Virus record (IMG/VR): IMGVR_UViG_3300032116_000013
Coordinates: 32,001 to 96,000 of that record
DNA: 64,000 bases
Direction: 5' to 3' (one strand)
Source: a virus
Each line of letters opens with the position of its first letter. Within the stretch, counting starts at the first letter, position 1. The notes beneath the pieces were generated by a model. That model searched no databases. It was not told the origin of the DNA and saw only the letters and a program-made list of their open reading frames with translations. Shown one piece after another: positions 55,621 through 63,942 of this stretch. Made by a program: the position numbers and the translations under genes.

Positions 55621-56106
55621 ATGTTAAGATATAATTTCAACAATGCCACTGGTCTTTGTGCAAGACAGTTTGGAACTACTTACGGACTGCAAAGATATTT
55701 TTACAGCAGAACCGAACTCCGTAACATGTATGCGGGAGACGGATTAGAAAACAATAAGGCAGGTATCCCAAACGGTCATACTGAACCCAGTTCTTGGGTT
55801 ATCCCTCAATCGACTGGTTCTATTTCTGCTTACGAAGAAACCAGAACAGTAATGAGTTTGTCATTGGCTGTTGGCTCTCCTCTAGCAGGAAATGGAAATA
55901 CCACATTTGCAGTTACAACTTCTGGTACACTCGCAGGTATTGGTAATATAATTGGCGCCGTTACACCGTTCACTGAATTGAGTCCAAAGAATCTTGCTGA
56001 TGCTGTTTGGACTGCTGAGTCAAACCAATACACAACAGCAGGAACGATGGGCAAGAACGCAAATGATGTCAAGACTAATAGCGGTTTGATTCCTGCACTA
56101 GTTTAA
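55621..56106 (+). CDS. putative structural protein
   Basis: GIPNGH...SWVIP; LADAVW. Confidence 0.65.
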   Translation: MLRYNFNNATGLCARQFGTTYGLQRYFYSRTELRNMYAGDGLENNKAGIPNGHTEPSSWVIPQSTGSISAYEETRTVMSLSLAVGSPLAGNGNTTFAVTTSGTLAGIGNIIGAVTPFTELSPKNLADAVWTAESNQYTTAGTMGKNANDVKTNSGLIPALV

Positions 56107-56121
56107 GGTATAATTTTCGTT

Positions 56122-56448
56122 ATGAAGAAATTTACATTTGATGATCTACAGCCACACGTGGATATGCTCTGCGATGCATTAGAAAATCGCGGAGCATCTT
56201 CCTCTGGCATTCCCAACGAAGCAGTCTATCCGCAAGCGAAAGCGTATCGCAATCTTTTGTCTAAGGTAAGATCAAAGTCCATTACAGGATATGATCTTGA
56301 GATGATGCTTCATACTCTTGCGAACGAAACCCTTGATCTTGCTAAAAACAATCAATCGCATAGAATTGGTAAGATTGTATCAGCCCTTGACTTTTATGTC
56401 CGAAAAGAGTACAATAGTATCTGTTCGACAAATTATAGCAATAGGTGA
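56122..56448 (+). CDS. hypothetical protein
   Basis: ORF; its 3' end overlaps TTGACT-17-TACAAT (56387-56415). Confidence 0.6.
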   Translation: MKKFTFDDLQPHVDMLCDALENRGASSSGIPNEAVYPQAKAYRNLLSKVRSKSITGYDLEMMLHTLANETLDLAKNNQSHRIGKIVSALDFYVRKEYNSICSTNYSNR

Positions 56449-56481
56449 ATAAAATGGAATTTATCGCAGCAAATTTAATCG

Positions 56482-56790
56482 GTGCATTCGCAATTACAAT
56501 TGCGGTTCTTAGTTGCATCGTTCCGCAACTTTGGGATCGTATTCGGGGAAATGATTCTAATGATTGATATGCATTTTACAAATGTTCTGAATCTTGTTGA
56601 TTCGATTGATAATGTTCATCTTTCTGATGCATATGTGTCTATCGAAAAAGAAAGAGTAGACGAGTTAGTTCAATTTCTTAAAGAGCATGATATTCAATCA
56701 GCAGTTGTGAATTGGAATCATCCAGAAAGTTTGTATGTTGGTGAGGATAAAACTAAAAAAGATCTAGTGGTTCTTGCAATACATTGGTGA
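56482..56790 (+). CDS. hypothetical protein (start uncertain)
   Basis: ORF filling a gene-sized gap. Confidence 0.45.
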   Translation: MHSQLQLRFLVASFRNFGIVFGEMILMIDMHFTNVLNLVDSIDNVHLSDAYVSIEKERVDELVQFLKEHDIQSAVVNWNHPESLYVGEDKTKKDLVVLAIHW

Positions 56791-56834
56791 TTCTCTAATA
56801 AATATTTTATTATGCGTAGAGTGATGAGGAAGAT

Positions 56835-57407
56835 ATGTCTCTCGTACTGATTGTTGATAAGGGTGGTACACCTAAAGATTGGGCAAATCATGAAATCGCA
56901 GCATGTTACTATGCTCGCGAGAAAGTGCTATGGGAACTTGGAACAAAGATCAAGACCATGCTCGGCGGACACAATCAATACGGCGAGCAATCAAGAATTG
57001 AAATTTCATCAATCATCGGCGTATCAGGTCCGATCCTTGGTGACAAATTCTACAACACTCAAACAGTATTTGCGGATCGCATGACGCTGTACGCTCGCGA
57101 TCAACATATTTGCGCTTACTGTGGCGATGAGTTTTCAACCAGTTCTTTGACGATCGATCACGTGCACCCAAAGTCGCGTGGTGGCACAAACCACTGGACA
57201 AATTGCGTAACTGCGTGTCGTCCTTGCAATCATCGTAAGGGTTGGAAAACTCCAGAAGAAGCAAAGATGCATTTGCTATACGTTCCTTATGCGCCAACAG
57301 TGCACGAAAGAATTCTATTGAAGAATCGTAAGGTATTAGCGGATCAAATGGAGTTCTTGAAGGCAAGCATTCCAAAACATTCTAGAGTGTGGAGAAAATT
57401 ATCATGA
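56835..57407 (+). CDS. HNH endonuclease
   Basis: CAYCG...TIDHVHPKSRGG...NCVTACRPCN..KG. Confidence 0.92.
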   Translation: MSLVLIVDKGGTPKDWANHEIAACYYAREKVLWELGTKIKTMLGGHNQYGEQSRIEISSIIGVSGPILGDKFYNTQTVFADRMTLYARDQHICAYCGDEFSTSSLTIDHVHPKSRGGTNHWTNCVTACRPCNHRKGWKTPEEAKMHLLYVPYAPTVHERILLKNRKVLADQMEFLKASIPKHSRVWRKLS

Positions 57408-57592
57408 GCGAATATCTAGTTGATAAGGTTCGCAATATCGGATTTGATATGCGAGACAATTATATGGATGGTTACACTCAGTTTCACGCAAAGAAAAAGT
57501 TGTACAAACTTTTGTGGGAAATTGAAAAGCAACTCAAGGATGCGCCAACTTTCGTCGGCGAAGAAGAGTGGCTAAAGGAATATGGTAAGTAA
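57404..57592 (+). CDS. hypothetical protein
   Basis: In-operon ORF. Confidence 0.6.
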   Translation: MSEYLVDKVRNIGFDMRDNYMDGYTQFHAKKKLYKLLWEIEKQLKDAPTFVGEEEWLKEYGK

Positions 57593-57594
57593 TA

Positions 57595-57699
57595 ATGGCA
57601 GGGAAAGGAAGCAAGCCTAGACCACTGAGTGTTCCGCGAAAACAGTTTGATGATAACTGGGAACGCATTTTTGGAAAAAAGAAACAACCTAAAAAGTGA
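57595..57699 (+). CDS. small basic protein (34 aa)
   Basis: MAGKGSKPRP...NWERIFGKK, read by eye. Confidence 0.55.
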   Translation: MAGKGSKPRPLSVPRKQFDDNWERIFGKKKQPKK

Positions 57700-57705
57700 G
57701 AGTAT

Positions 57706-58020
57706 ATGAAATATTTTGAGTTTAGTGGAAAGGTACAGCGATCAGAGTTCTGGGCTACTAGCATTATTCTTTTCGTTCTGTTTTTTATCTGCATTGTGTC
57801 AGCAACAGCCATAACAGCATTTAATATGTTTATTGGAATCATTGCTGTCCTTGCTACGATCGTTGCTTCTGCTTGGGCGCAGATGGCAGTGATTGCGAAG
57901 CGTTGCCGTGATGCAGGAATCAATCCTTGGTGGACTGCAGCGTGTTACATTCCCTATCTTGGATTTATCATTTGGATCGTTATCGGATGTCTTTCAACAG
58001 ACAAGGAAGTGCAAGCATGA
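57706..58020 (+). CDS. DUF805-like membrane protein
   Basis: F.G...RSEFW, KRCRDAG...W, three TMs. Confidence 0.85.
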   Translation: MKYFEFSGKVQRSEFWATSIILFVLFFICIVSATAITAFNMFIGIIAVLATIVASAWAQMAVIAKRCRDAGINPWWTAACYIPYLGFIIWIVIGCLSTDKEVQA

Positions 58021-58256
58021 AGAAGTTAGCAGTATTGTTTATTGGTTTGTTCTCAGTTTCAGTCAACGCACAGGATCGCGTTGCCAAGTTTGATACTGAT
58101 GGCGACGCAAAGGTTTCTTTCGAAGAACTCATCGCTCAGTGTCCAAACACAATGAAGGCATTGTTCAGTTTGGCTGATAAGGACAACGATGGCTTTTTGA
58201 CGAATGTCGAAATGCGAACAGCGAAAGAGTATTTGTTCAAGAAGTGTAAGAATTAA
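58017..58256 (+). CDS. secreted EF-hand protein
   Basis: Signal peptide; DTDGDAKVSFEE and DKDNDGFLTNVE. Confidence 0.8.
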   Translation: MKKLAVLFIGLFSVSVNAQDRVAKFDTDGDAKVSFEELIAQCPNTMKALFSLADKDNDGFLTNVEMRTAKEYLFKKCKN

Positions 58257-58268
58257 TATATAAGATAT

Positions 58269-58343
58269 TGCGGGTTAGTTCAGTAGCAGAACGGTGGACT
58301 CATAATCCACAGGTCGGGCGTGCAATTCGCCCACCCGCTACCA
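58269..58343 (+). tRNA. isolated tRNA-Met(CAT), 1:72 mismatch, atypical T-loop
   Basis: Loop CTCATAA; T-loop TGCAATT; CCA. Confidence 0.8.
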
Positions 58344-58359
58344 TCTTGAAGGAAACATT

Positions 58360-58593
58360 ATGAAAGCAATTGTTTGGTCTAAAGTCAACTGTCCTTATTG
58401 CGTGAGTGCTGGTGTACTTCTGCGCGGAAAGGGTTACGAAGTTGAAGAGCGCAAAATCGGCAACGGTTGGACGAAAGAGCAACTTCTTGAGTCAGTGCCA
58501 ATGGCAAGAACTGTTCCACAGATTTTTGTCGATGGTGAGTACATTGGCAACTATGATGATCTTGTTCGACATTTCAATTCTAACAACGATTGA
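58360..58593 (+). CDS. glutaredoxin
   Basis: CPYC, TVPQIF..G..IG. Confidence 0.92.
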   Translation: MKAIVWSKVNCPYCVSAGVLLRGKGYEVEERKIGNGWTKEQLLESVPMARTVPQIFVDGEYIGNYDDLVRHFNSNND

Positions 58594-58600
58594 GAAATTT

Positions 58601-58813
58601 ATGAAGCAACTAGATTTATTCGCTGAGGCTGGAATCTGTCGCGCTGCTCCTGATGGTGTACACATCGTTGTTGATTCTCCGAAAATCTACGAAAGTCCAG
58701 ATAAAGGCAAAACGGTCTACCAGCGCGAGTTTGGTGAGTCAGAAAGAACGCTGGTTAAGACCGCCGTTCAGCAGCAATGGAACATCACCTTCGGATCTCC
58801 GAACGGAGCGTGA
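58601..58813 (+). CDS. hypothetical protein
   Basis: IYESPDKGKTVYQREFG motif. Confidence 0.65.
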   Translation: MKQLDLFAEAGICRAAPDGVHIVVDSPKIYESPDKGKTVYQREFGESERTLVKTAVQQQWNITFGSPNGA

Positions 58814-58904
58814 GTTTCAGCCGTTTTTGGCTCTATCCCTACCCTATCCCTACCCCAAAACCGACCCGCTGCAATGGGCTTGCAGGAGGTTTTGCAGACC
58901 TTGT

Positions 58905-59039
58905 GCAAGTCATTGATTCTATTAGGGATTCCCCATCTGGGTAAATTCTTGTAAGTTATTGATTTTACAAGGGTTTTCGTAAGTTATTGATTCTATTAGG
59001 TTTTTTACTATTGCCATTTTGACCCATTTTAGGCATAAT
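58905..59039 (+). promoter_or_regulatory. repeated early promoter cassette F (three motif copies)
   Basis: Motif at about 58905, 58951 and 58978; TTGCCA-17-CATAAT. Confidence 0.8.
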
Positions 59040-59094
59040 ATGTCTATAGGGTTGGGAAACGGGTTCCCCCCAGATAGTAGGAAGGAATAGAATT

Positions 59095-59370
59095 ATGGGT
59101 TTCACTTTAAAGCAGCGTCGCGAAATGATTCAGGTCGAGCGTGACGTTATCAAGGGTCTCCGCGAGGATCTTTTTCGGATTCGTCGTGCGCTGAACCAGT
59201 CGCGTCTGAATATCAAAATGCACCAGGAAGTCCTCGCGGAAGAGCGCAAGTTGAAGCGCATCGTGATGGAAGATAATCGCGCCCTGCGCGCTCAGAAGCG
59301 AGCCGAAAAGCGAGCCGCTCAGATCGCGAAGATGGAAGCGAAGATCGCCGCTCTGAAGGCGGCTGCGTAA
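59095..59370 (+). CDS. basic coiled-coil early protein
   Basis: First ORF after cassette F. Confidence 0.7.
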   Translation: MGFTLKQRREMIQVERDVIKGLREDLFRIRRALNQSRLNIKMHQEVLAEERKLKRIVMEDNRALRAQKRAEKRAAQIAKMEAKIAALKAAA

Positions 59371-59377
59371 GGGACTG

Positions 59378-59439
59378 CGTAAGTTATTGATTCTTAACGG
59401 TTTTTTACTATTGCCTTTTTTCTCCTAATATAGGATAAT
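59378..59439 (+). promoter_or_regulatory. repeated early promoter cassette G
   Basis: Motif plus TTGCCT-17-GATAAT. Confidence 0.75.
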
Positions 59440-59446
59440 AGATAAT

Positions 59447-59779
59447 ATGAAGTCGATGACACAAACCCAAGTCGCGCTGGTTAATGCGCGTCAGGAACTC
59501 AAGAATACTCTTGAGCGTGCGAAGGAACTCCGCGCCATGGTCAAGGTGCTGAGTGTTGACGCTGCGGCTGAGCGTGCGTATCAGAAGTCTACGCGCCAGA
59601 TGCTACGGGCGCAGAAGCGTCTTGAGCGTATCGCGAAGATCGAGGCTCGGCTTGAGGCGATGCGTCTGAAGGCTTCGGCTCCGAAGCAGATTCGTAAGAA
59701 TTATCGGAAGCCGAGCGATGTGACGGTTTACTCGCCTGAGCAGATTGCTGCTCTTAACGCTGCGAACGGTGTTGCCTAA
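59447..59779 (+). CDS. basic coiled-coil early protein
   Basis: First ORF after cassette G; resembles the previous gene. Confidence 0.7.
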   Translation: MKSMTQTQVALVNARQELKNTLERAKELRAMVKVLSVDAAAERAYQKSTRQMLRAQKRLERIAKIEARLEAMRLKASAPKQIRKNYRKPSDVTVYSPEQIAALNAANGVA

Positions 59780-59970
59780 TGAAGATCGGTGCGATGATTA
59801 AGATTCTCGAGAAGATTCGCGAGAAACATGGAAATATCGATTTGCTGGTTTGCGACGACGACGGTCGAATCACTTCTCCGAGGTCGACGCAAGTTGTTGT
59901 TTCAGAGGGCGAGTACCCTGATCACTGGGATATGCCCGAAGGTTTCAAGTTTGTACAGGTAAACGCATAA
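59779..59970 (+). CDS. hypothetical protein
   Basis: TAATG overlap chain. Confidence 0.6.
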   Translation: MKIGAMIKILEKIREKHGNIDLLVCDDDGRITSPRSTQVVVSEGEYPDHWDMPEGFKFVQVNA

Positions 59971-60173
59971 TGACTACTGCTAATCCCCTTGCGCTGGCGA
60001 GCGTCAGCGATATCAAGACTCTGGTTTCTACTGGCGTGGCGACTCATGCTGATGCGCTCGTCCGTGTGGATGCGGTTCTGGCTCGCAAGAGTCTGACCGA
60101 TGGCAAGAAGGCTCGATGGACTCGGCTGCGTGAGTGGCTGGTTCGAGAGCAGGCTCAGGCTCAGGTTGTCTAA
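59970..60173 (+). CDS. hypothetical protein
   Basis: TAATG overlap chain. Confidence 0.6.
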   Translation: MTTANPLALASVSDIKTLVSTGVATHADALVRVDAVLARKSLTDGKKARWTRLREWLVREQAQAQVV

Positions 60174-60242
60174 TTCTTGCTGGTTGACTTTTGCTTTTGG
60201 TTATAGTAGAATTTTTATTGTTAATTTTCTGGAAGTAATCAT

Positions 60243-61004
60243 ATGTTGAAGTTGCACCATTTCAGTACATTCGGAAATCTACAATCACACAATCAAGAAA
60301 TGATTGAAGAAATTGTATATGAAGGAGTGTATGAGAAGTTCTTCAATGTACAAGAAGGCGACGTAGTTGTTGACATCGGTGCTAATGTCGGTTTCTTTCC
60401 TTTCACTCTACAAGGTAGAGGGATCAAAAAAATTTATTGTATAGAACCTTCGTTGGCTATTTGTCATGCATTAGATTATAATCTACAAAGGATGGATTTC
60501 GATTATTCGCTTTTAGCATGTGGTGTTGCTGACAAGAATGGAATGATCCCAACTAATAACAGCGAAAGCGAACATCGAGTTTATGGTTATGGTCTAGACT
60601 GCATTTTTGGAATGACTTGGCAAACTATTCTGAGAGGTTGGCAAATTCCTTACATAAATTTTATGAAAATTGACTGTGAAGGTGGGGAATATGATGTTTT
60701 CACTGATGACAATTATGAGTTCTTGACTAAGAAAGTAAAATACATTGTTGGTGAATGGCATATTCATAAAGCCGATGATCCCCTAGCCAAGTGGAGGAAA
60801 TTCTATAGGAAATATTTGTTAAATCATCCTAACCATAGAGTATTTGAACCTATGGGCGGCTATGCAAATTGGAAAGATGTCACTCTAGAATTGCTAGAGA
60901 ATAATGACTCTGATAAAAGGTACACTGATTGGTATTATTCGCATAACAACTTCTATCCAAATTATTATGTGTATATGAATAATGAGCATACTTTTGAACC
61001 CTAA
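60243..61004 (+). CDS. FkbM-family methyltransferase
   Basis: VVDIGANVG, KIDCEGGE, GEWH. Confidence 0.85.
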   Translation: MLKLHHFSTFGNLQSHNQEMIEEIVYEGVYEKFFNVQEGDVVVDIGANVGFFPFTLQGRGIKKIYCIEPSLAICHALDYNLQRMDFDYSLLACGVADKNGMIPTNNSESEHRVYGYGLDCIFGMTWQTILRGWQIPYINFMKIDCEGGEYDVFTDDNYEFLTKKVKYIVGEWHIHKADDPLAKWRKFYRKYLLNHPNHRVFEPMGGYANWKDVTLELLENNDSDKRYTDWYYSHNNFYPNYYVYMNNEHTFEP

Positions 61005-61082
61005 TTCTTGGTAGTTGACTTTTGCTTTTGGTTGTAGTACAATTGTTTTTGTCCGTTGTTAATTTAATTGAGGTAATTTGTT

Positions 61083-61490
61083 ATGAAGAAAGTTGAAGTG
61101 TTGTTTACGTTGATGCAGAATGGTAAGCCTGTGCAGGTCGAGAGTATGCTAAAGACTCTCCAGGTCAAGCAGGGTTCTATCATGTGTTTGATCTCGGCTC
61201 TCCGAAATGATTTCGGTGCAGAGATTGAGACTGTGCGCGATGGTCGTAAGGTTCTTTCCTATCAGTTGATGAACGCTGATAAGGTTAAGATTCCGACCAA
61301 GGCTGCGAAGGTCGCAAAGCCGAAGGCAGCGAAGGTGAGTGTTTCTAAGACCAAGACCACTATTGCTCGCAAGAGCAAGCCTGTCGTTGCTGACGAAACT
61401 CCCACTCTTGTGGTTGAGGAGATTGACAGCGATGCAGAACTTGCTTCGTTGAAGGCTGAGTTGGGTCTTTCGGGTTCTTATTCGGAGTAA
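61083..61490 (+). CDS. winged-helix-like DNA-binding protein with Lys/Ala linker and acidic tail
   Basis: Helical N-terminus, IS.LR...G.EI....G...Y.L, KAAK tract. Confidence 0.6.
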   Translation: MKKVEVLFTLMQNGKPVQVESMLKTLQVKQGSIMCLISALRNDFGAEIETVRDGRKVLSYQLMNADKVKIPTKAAKVAKPKAAKVSVSKTKTTIARKSKPVVADETPTLVVEEIDSDAELASLKAELGLSGSYSE

Positions 61491-61502
61491 GATCCCTGCT
61501 GT

Positions 61503-61529
61503 AGAGGGGAGGTAACACTCCCCTCTTTT
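61503..61529 (+). terminator. intrinsic terminator
   Basis: AGAGGGGAG-GTAACA-CTCCCCTCT plus T run. Confidence 0.8.
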
Positions 61530-61587
61530 ACTTGTCTCCATTGTGAGACGCAAATATGTGTCACCATTGTGTGACCGAGGAGAAAAT

Positions 61588-62928
61588 ATGAAAGTTGTAT
61601 ATACGCAGAAGTCTGCTTTTGAGATTATTCAGTTGGCTATCACAGGAAAGTTAAATCCTGATCCGATCGGTCAACGTCCGCCAACTTCGCAGGGTCATGC
61701 GAAGTACGAAGAAATCGTCAAGTCTTTGCTCTCTGGTGTTGGTATCGGCATGATCACATTGCGCGATATCTCTCAAGATGAAGAAATGCAAAAGATTTAT
61801 CCTGGCGTGCACTATCTTGTCATTGACGGTGGTCACCGTATTCGTGCGCTAGTGAAGTTCTATCAGAACAAGTTTGCTGTAAACAAGAAGAAGTTGAAGG
61901 ATCTAGATATTGATCTGAATGACTTTCAGATTGCTCTAGACATTACAACTTGCACTTCACAAGAAGCAATTGAGAAGTTTCGTAATCTGAATCAAACCAC
62001 GCCAGTAAATCCGATGGAGATGCTGATGTGCGATGACCAGTCAGAGATCTGTCGTGCTGTTCGTTCGCTCACTCGCTACTATGCTGAGTACAAGAACGAT
62101 TCGCATGAGTTGTTCGAGACTGCGTTTGATAAACATGGTGTTGAGAAGTCCAAGTTCTTTGACATGGCACCGAACCATCGTCGTAAGTGGGACGAATATG
62201 TTTTCCTTGCGTTGATCAAGTCTCATGGCAACGGCAACGTCGATGCTGGTATTCCAATTTTCTACGATGCTGTTGATCAAGAGTACAAGGGAAACAACAT
62301 TGCCACGAAAACAGTTCTAAAGAACGTTGAGCGTTTCCTCGACGACGTTCTTGGCTTTGCTTATGAGCGTAAGCCATACAAGTTGAACACCGATGTGTTC
62401 GCTGCTCTTCAGTTAGTTTGGTTTGCTCTGTATGAGAAGAACAAGAACTTCAAGATCGATGACTATCAGAAGTTCTATGAGTCATTCTTGGCTGGTTATT
62501 CTATCTTGACAGGAACTGCCGATACGAGTTATAATAACAAAACAATCAAGTATGATGGAGAAGTTTATTTGATCAAGGAATTCGTTCGCAAAAATATTAC
62601 TAACTTCTCGAACGGACCAGTACAAAAGAAGTGCGCAGAACTAATTCTTGAAGAAATGGGAGATGACATTGGTGTGATCTTCCGTGATGCCAAGAGAAGC
62701 CTGACGACTTCTGAGCGCGATCAGAAACTTGCGCTTCAGGGCTTCAAGTGTGCTATCGACGGTGAGCCGCTGCGTCTTGAGGACTCTGTATGGGGTCACG
62801 ATACTGCTTGGGCTCACGGTGGTGAGTTGATGGATGGTGCTGTGATACGCAAGACTCACAACCGCGATATGGGTACGACAACTCTTGACGAGTATCGTAT
62901 GATTCTGAATCTGAGGAAGAACAAATGA
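61588..62928 (+). CDS. DUF262/ParB-like protein with C-terminal HNH-like domain
   Basis: P..QR, VIDGGHR, F..LN..TP; C-terminal CAI...GH...W..GG...HN. Confidence 0.7.
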   Translation: MKVVYTQKSAFEIIQLAITGKLNPDPIGQRPPTSQGHAKYEEIVKSLLSGVGIGMITLRDISQDEEMQKIYPGVHYLVIDGGHRIRALVKFYQNKFAVNKKKLKDLDIDLNDFQIALDITTCTSQEAIEKFRNLNQTTPVNPMEMLMCDDQSEICRAVRSLTRYYAEYKNDSHELFETAFDKHGVEKSKFFDMAPNHRRKWDEYVFLALIKSHGNGNVDAGIPIFYDAVDQEYKGNNIATKTVLKNVERFLDDVLGFAYERKPYKLNTDVFAALQLVWFALYEKNKNFKIDDYQKFYESFLAGYSILTGTADTSYNNKTIKYDGEVYLIKEFVRKNITNFSNGPVQKKCAELILEEMGDDIGVIFRDAKRSLTTSERDQKLALQGFKCAIDGEPLRLEDSVWGHDTAWAHGGELMDGAVIRKTHNRDMGTTTLDEYRMILNLRKNK

Positions 62929-63158
62929 ATGACGATGTAAAGGAATTGCCGATTTCTGATATCTACAAGTTCTCAACAGAGATGGTAGAAAAAGGATATT
63001 CGCCGTATGCTATTGCCGCTATGTTCACTCTGGTGGCTTTGCAAATCTATAAGACTTCAATGTCAACAGAAGAATACAATCTCATGGTTGATATGATTTC
63101 TAACAATCGAGATCGTGTTCAGACTCTTCCTGCTGACGCTGTTGGGTCATTGCACTGA
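62925..63158 (+). CDS. hypothetical protein
   Basis: In-operon ORF. Confidence 0.6.
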   Translation: MNDDVKELPISDIYKFSTEMVEKGYSPYAIAAMFTLVALQIYKTSMSTEEYNLMVDMISNNRDRVQTLPADAVGSLH

Positions 63159-63421
63159 TGACACGTGAATGGCGAGATATTGATAAAGGCACACAATACT
63201 ACTATCAAGTACACAATGGTTTGATCATAGGGCAAGTGTATAGCATGGCTTACACTTCTATCTGGGGCGCAAAGATTCCAGTGTCATCTACCGAAGAACT
63301 AATCCTTGGTCAGTATATCTCGCTGGAGTTTGCTAAAGCAGCAGTTGTTGAATACTGGGACGAAAAGGATAGAACATTCGACGTACACCATGAACATCTT
63401 TTATCTGCACCAAGATCCTAA
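63158..63421 (+). CDS. hypothetical protein
   Basis: In-operon ORF. Confidence 0.55.
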   Translation: MTREWRDIDKGTQYYYQVHNGLIIGQVYSMAYTSIWGAKIPVSSTEELILGQYISLEFAKAAVVEYWDEKDRTFDVHHEHLLSAPRS

Positions 63422-63938
63422 AATTGCCGCTGAGTATCATGTCGACAAACACGTCGTCAAGATGATCATCGAGTATGCTCAGTTGATGTCAACTGCGCAT
63501 CGGTTGTTAGATGGGAATATGTATTTCGATTTGACTGCGAATGGTCATAAAATTAAGCGATGGAAGTTAGATGACTATCGCGAACCCATTCTATACAAAG
63601 CCAGTCATATCAATCACCCATCGGCGATCTGGGTTCGGCAAGATCTTTCTCACTATCAGTGGCTTTGGAATCTTGCCTCTGAACTTTGTCAAGAGTATCG
63701 GCATCGGTACGGTGGTGCAACAGATAAGCAACACAAGACTTCTATTGTGATTCAGAATCTCAGTTTCGCTCCGAACAATATCCCGCGAAATGGAATATTC
63801 CAGGAGCCACCCCAAGCCATGCCCGATACCGTAAAGGTTCCTGGGGATAGTATTCAAGCCTATCGCAACTACTATAAAGTCCATAAGGCAGCGTTTGCTA
63901 ACTGGAAGAATCGGAGTGCACCTGACTGGTATAAATAA
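63390..63938 (+). CDS. pyrimidine-dimer DNA glycosylase-like (DenV-related) protein
   Basis: MNIFYL...DKHVVKM..E.AQL.STAH, H.NHPS..W, PQAMP, YR.YY. Confidence 0.7.
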   Translation: MNIFYLHQDPKIAAEYHVDKHVVKMIIEYAQLMSTAHRLLDGNMYFDLTANGHKIKRWKLDDYREPILYKASHINHPSAIWVRQDLSHYQWLWNLASELCQEYRHRYGGATDKQHKTSIVIQNLSFAPNNIPRNGIFQEPPQAMPDTVKVPGDSIQAYRNYYKVHKAAFANWKNRSAPDWYK

Positions 63939-63942
63939 AGGA

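Noticed and set aside
388-63884. All minus-strand ORFs in the track (e.g. 22762-23334, 33716-34420)
   Set aside because: Each lies antisense to a better-supported + strand gene or RNA and has no recognisable motifs.
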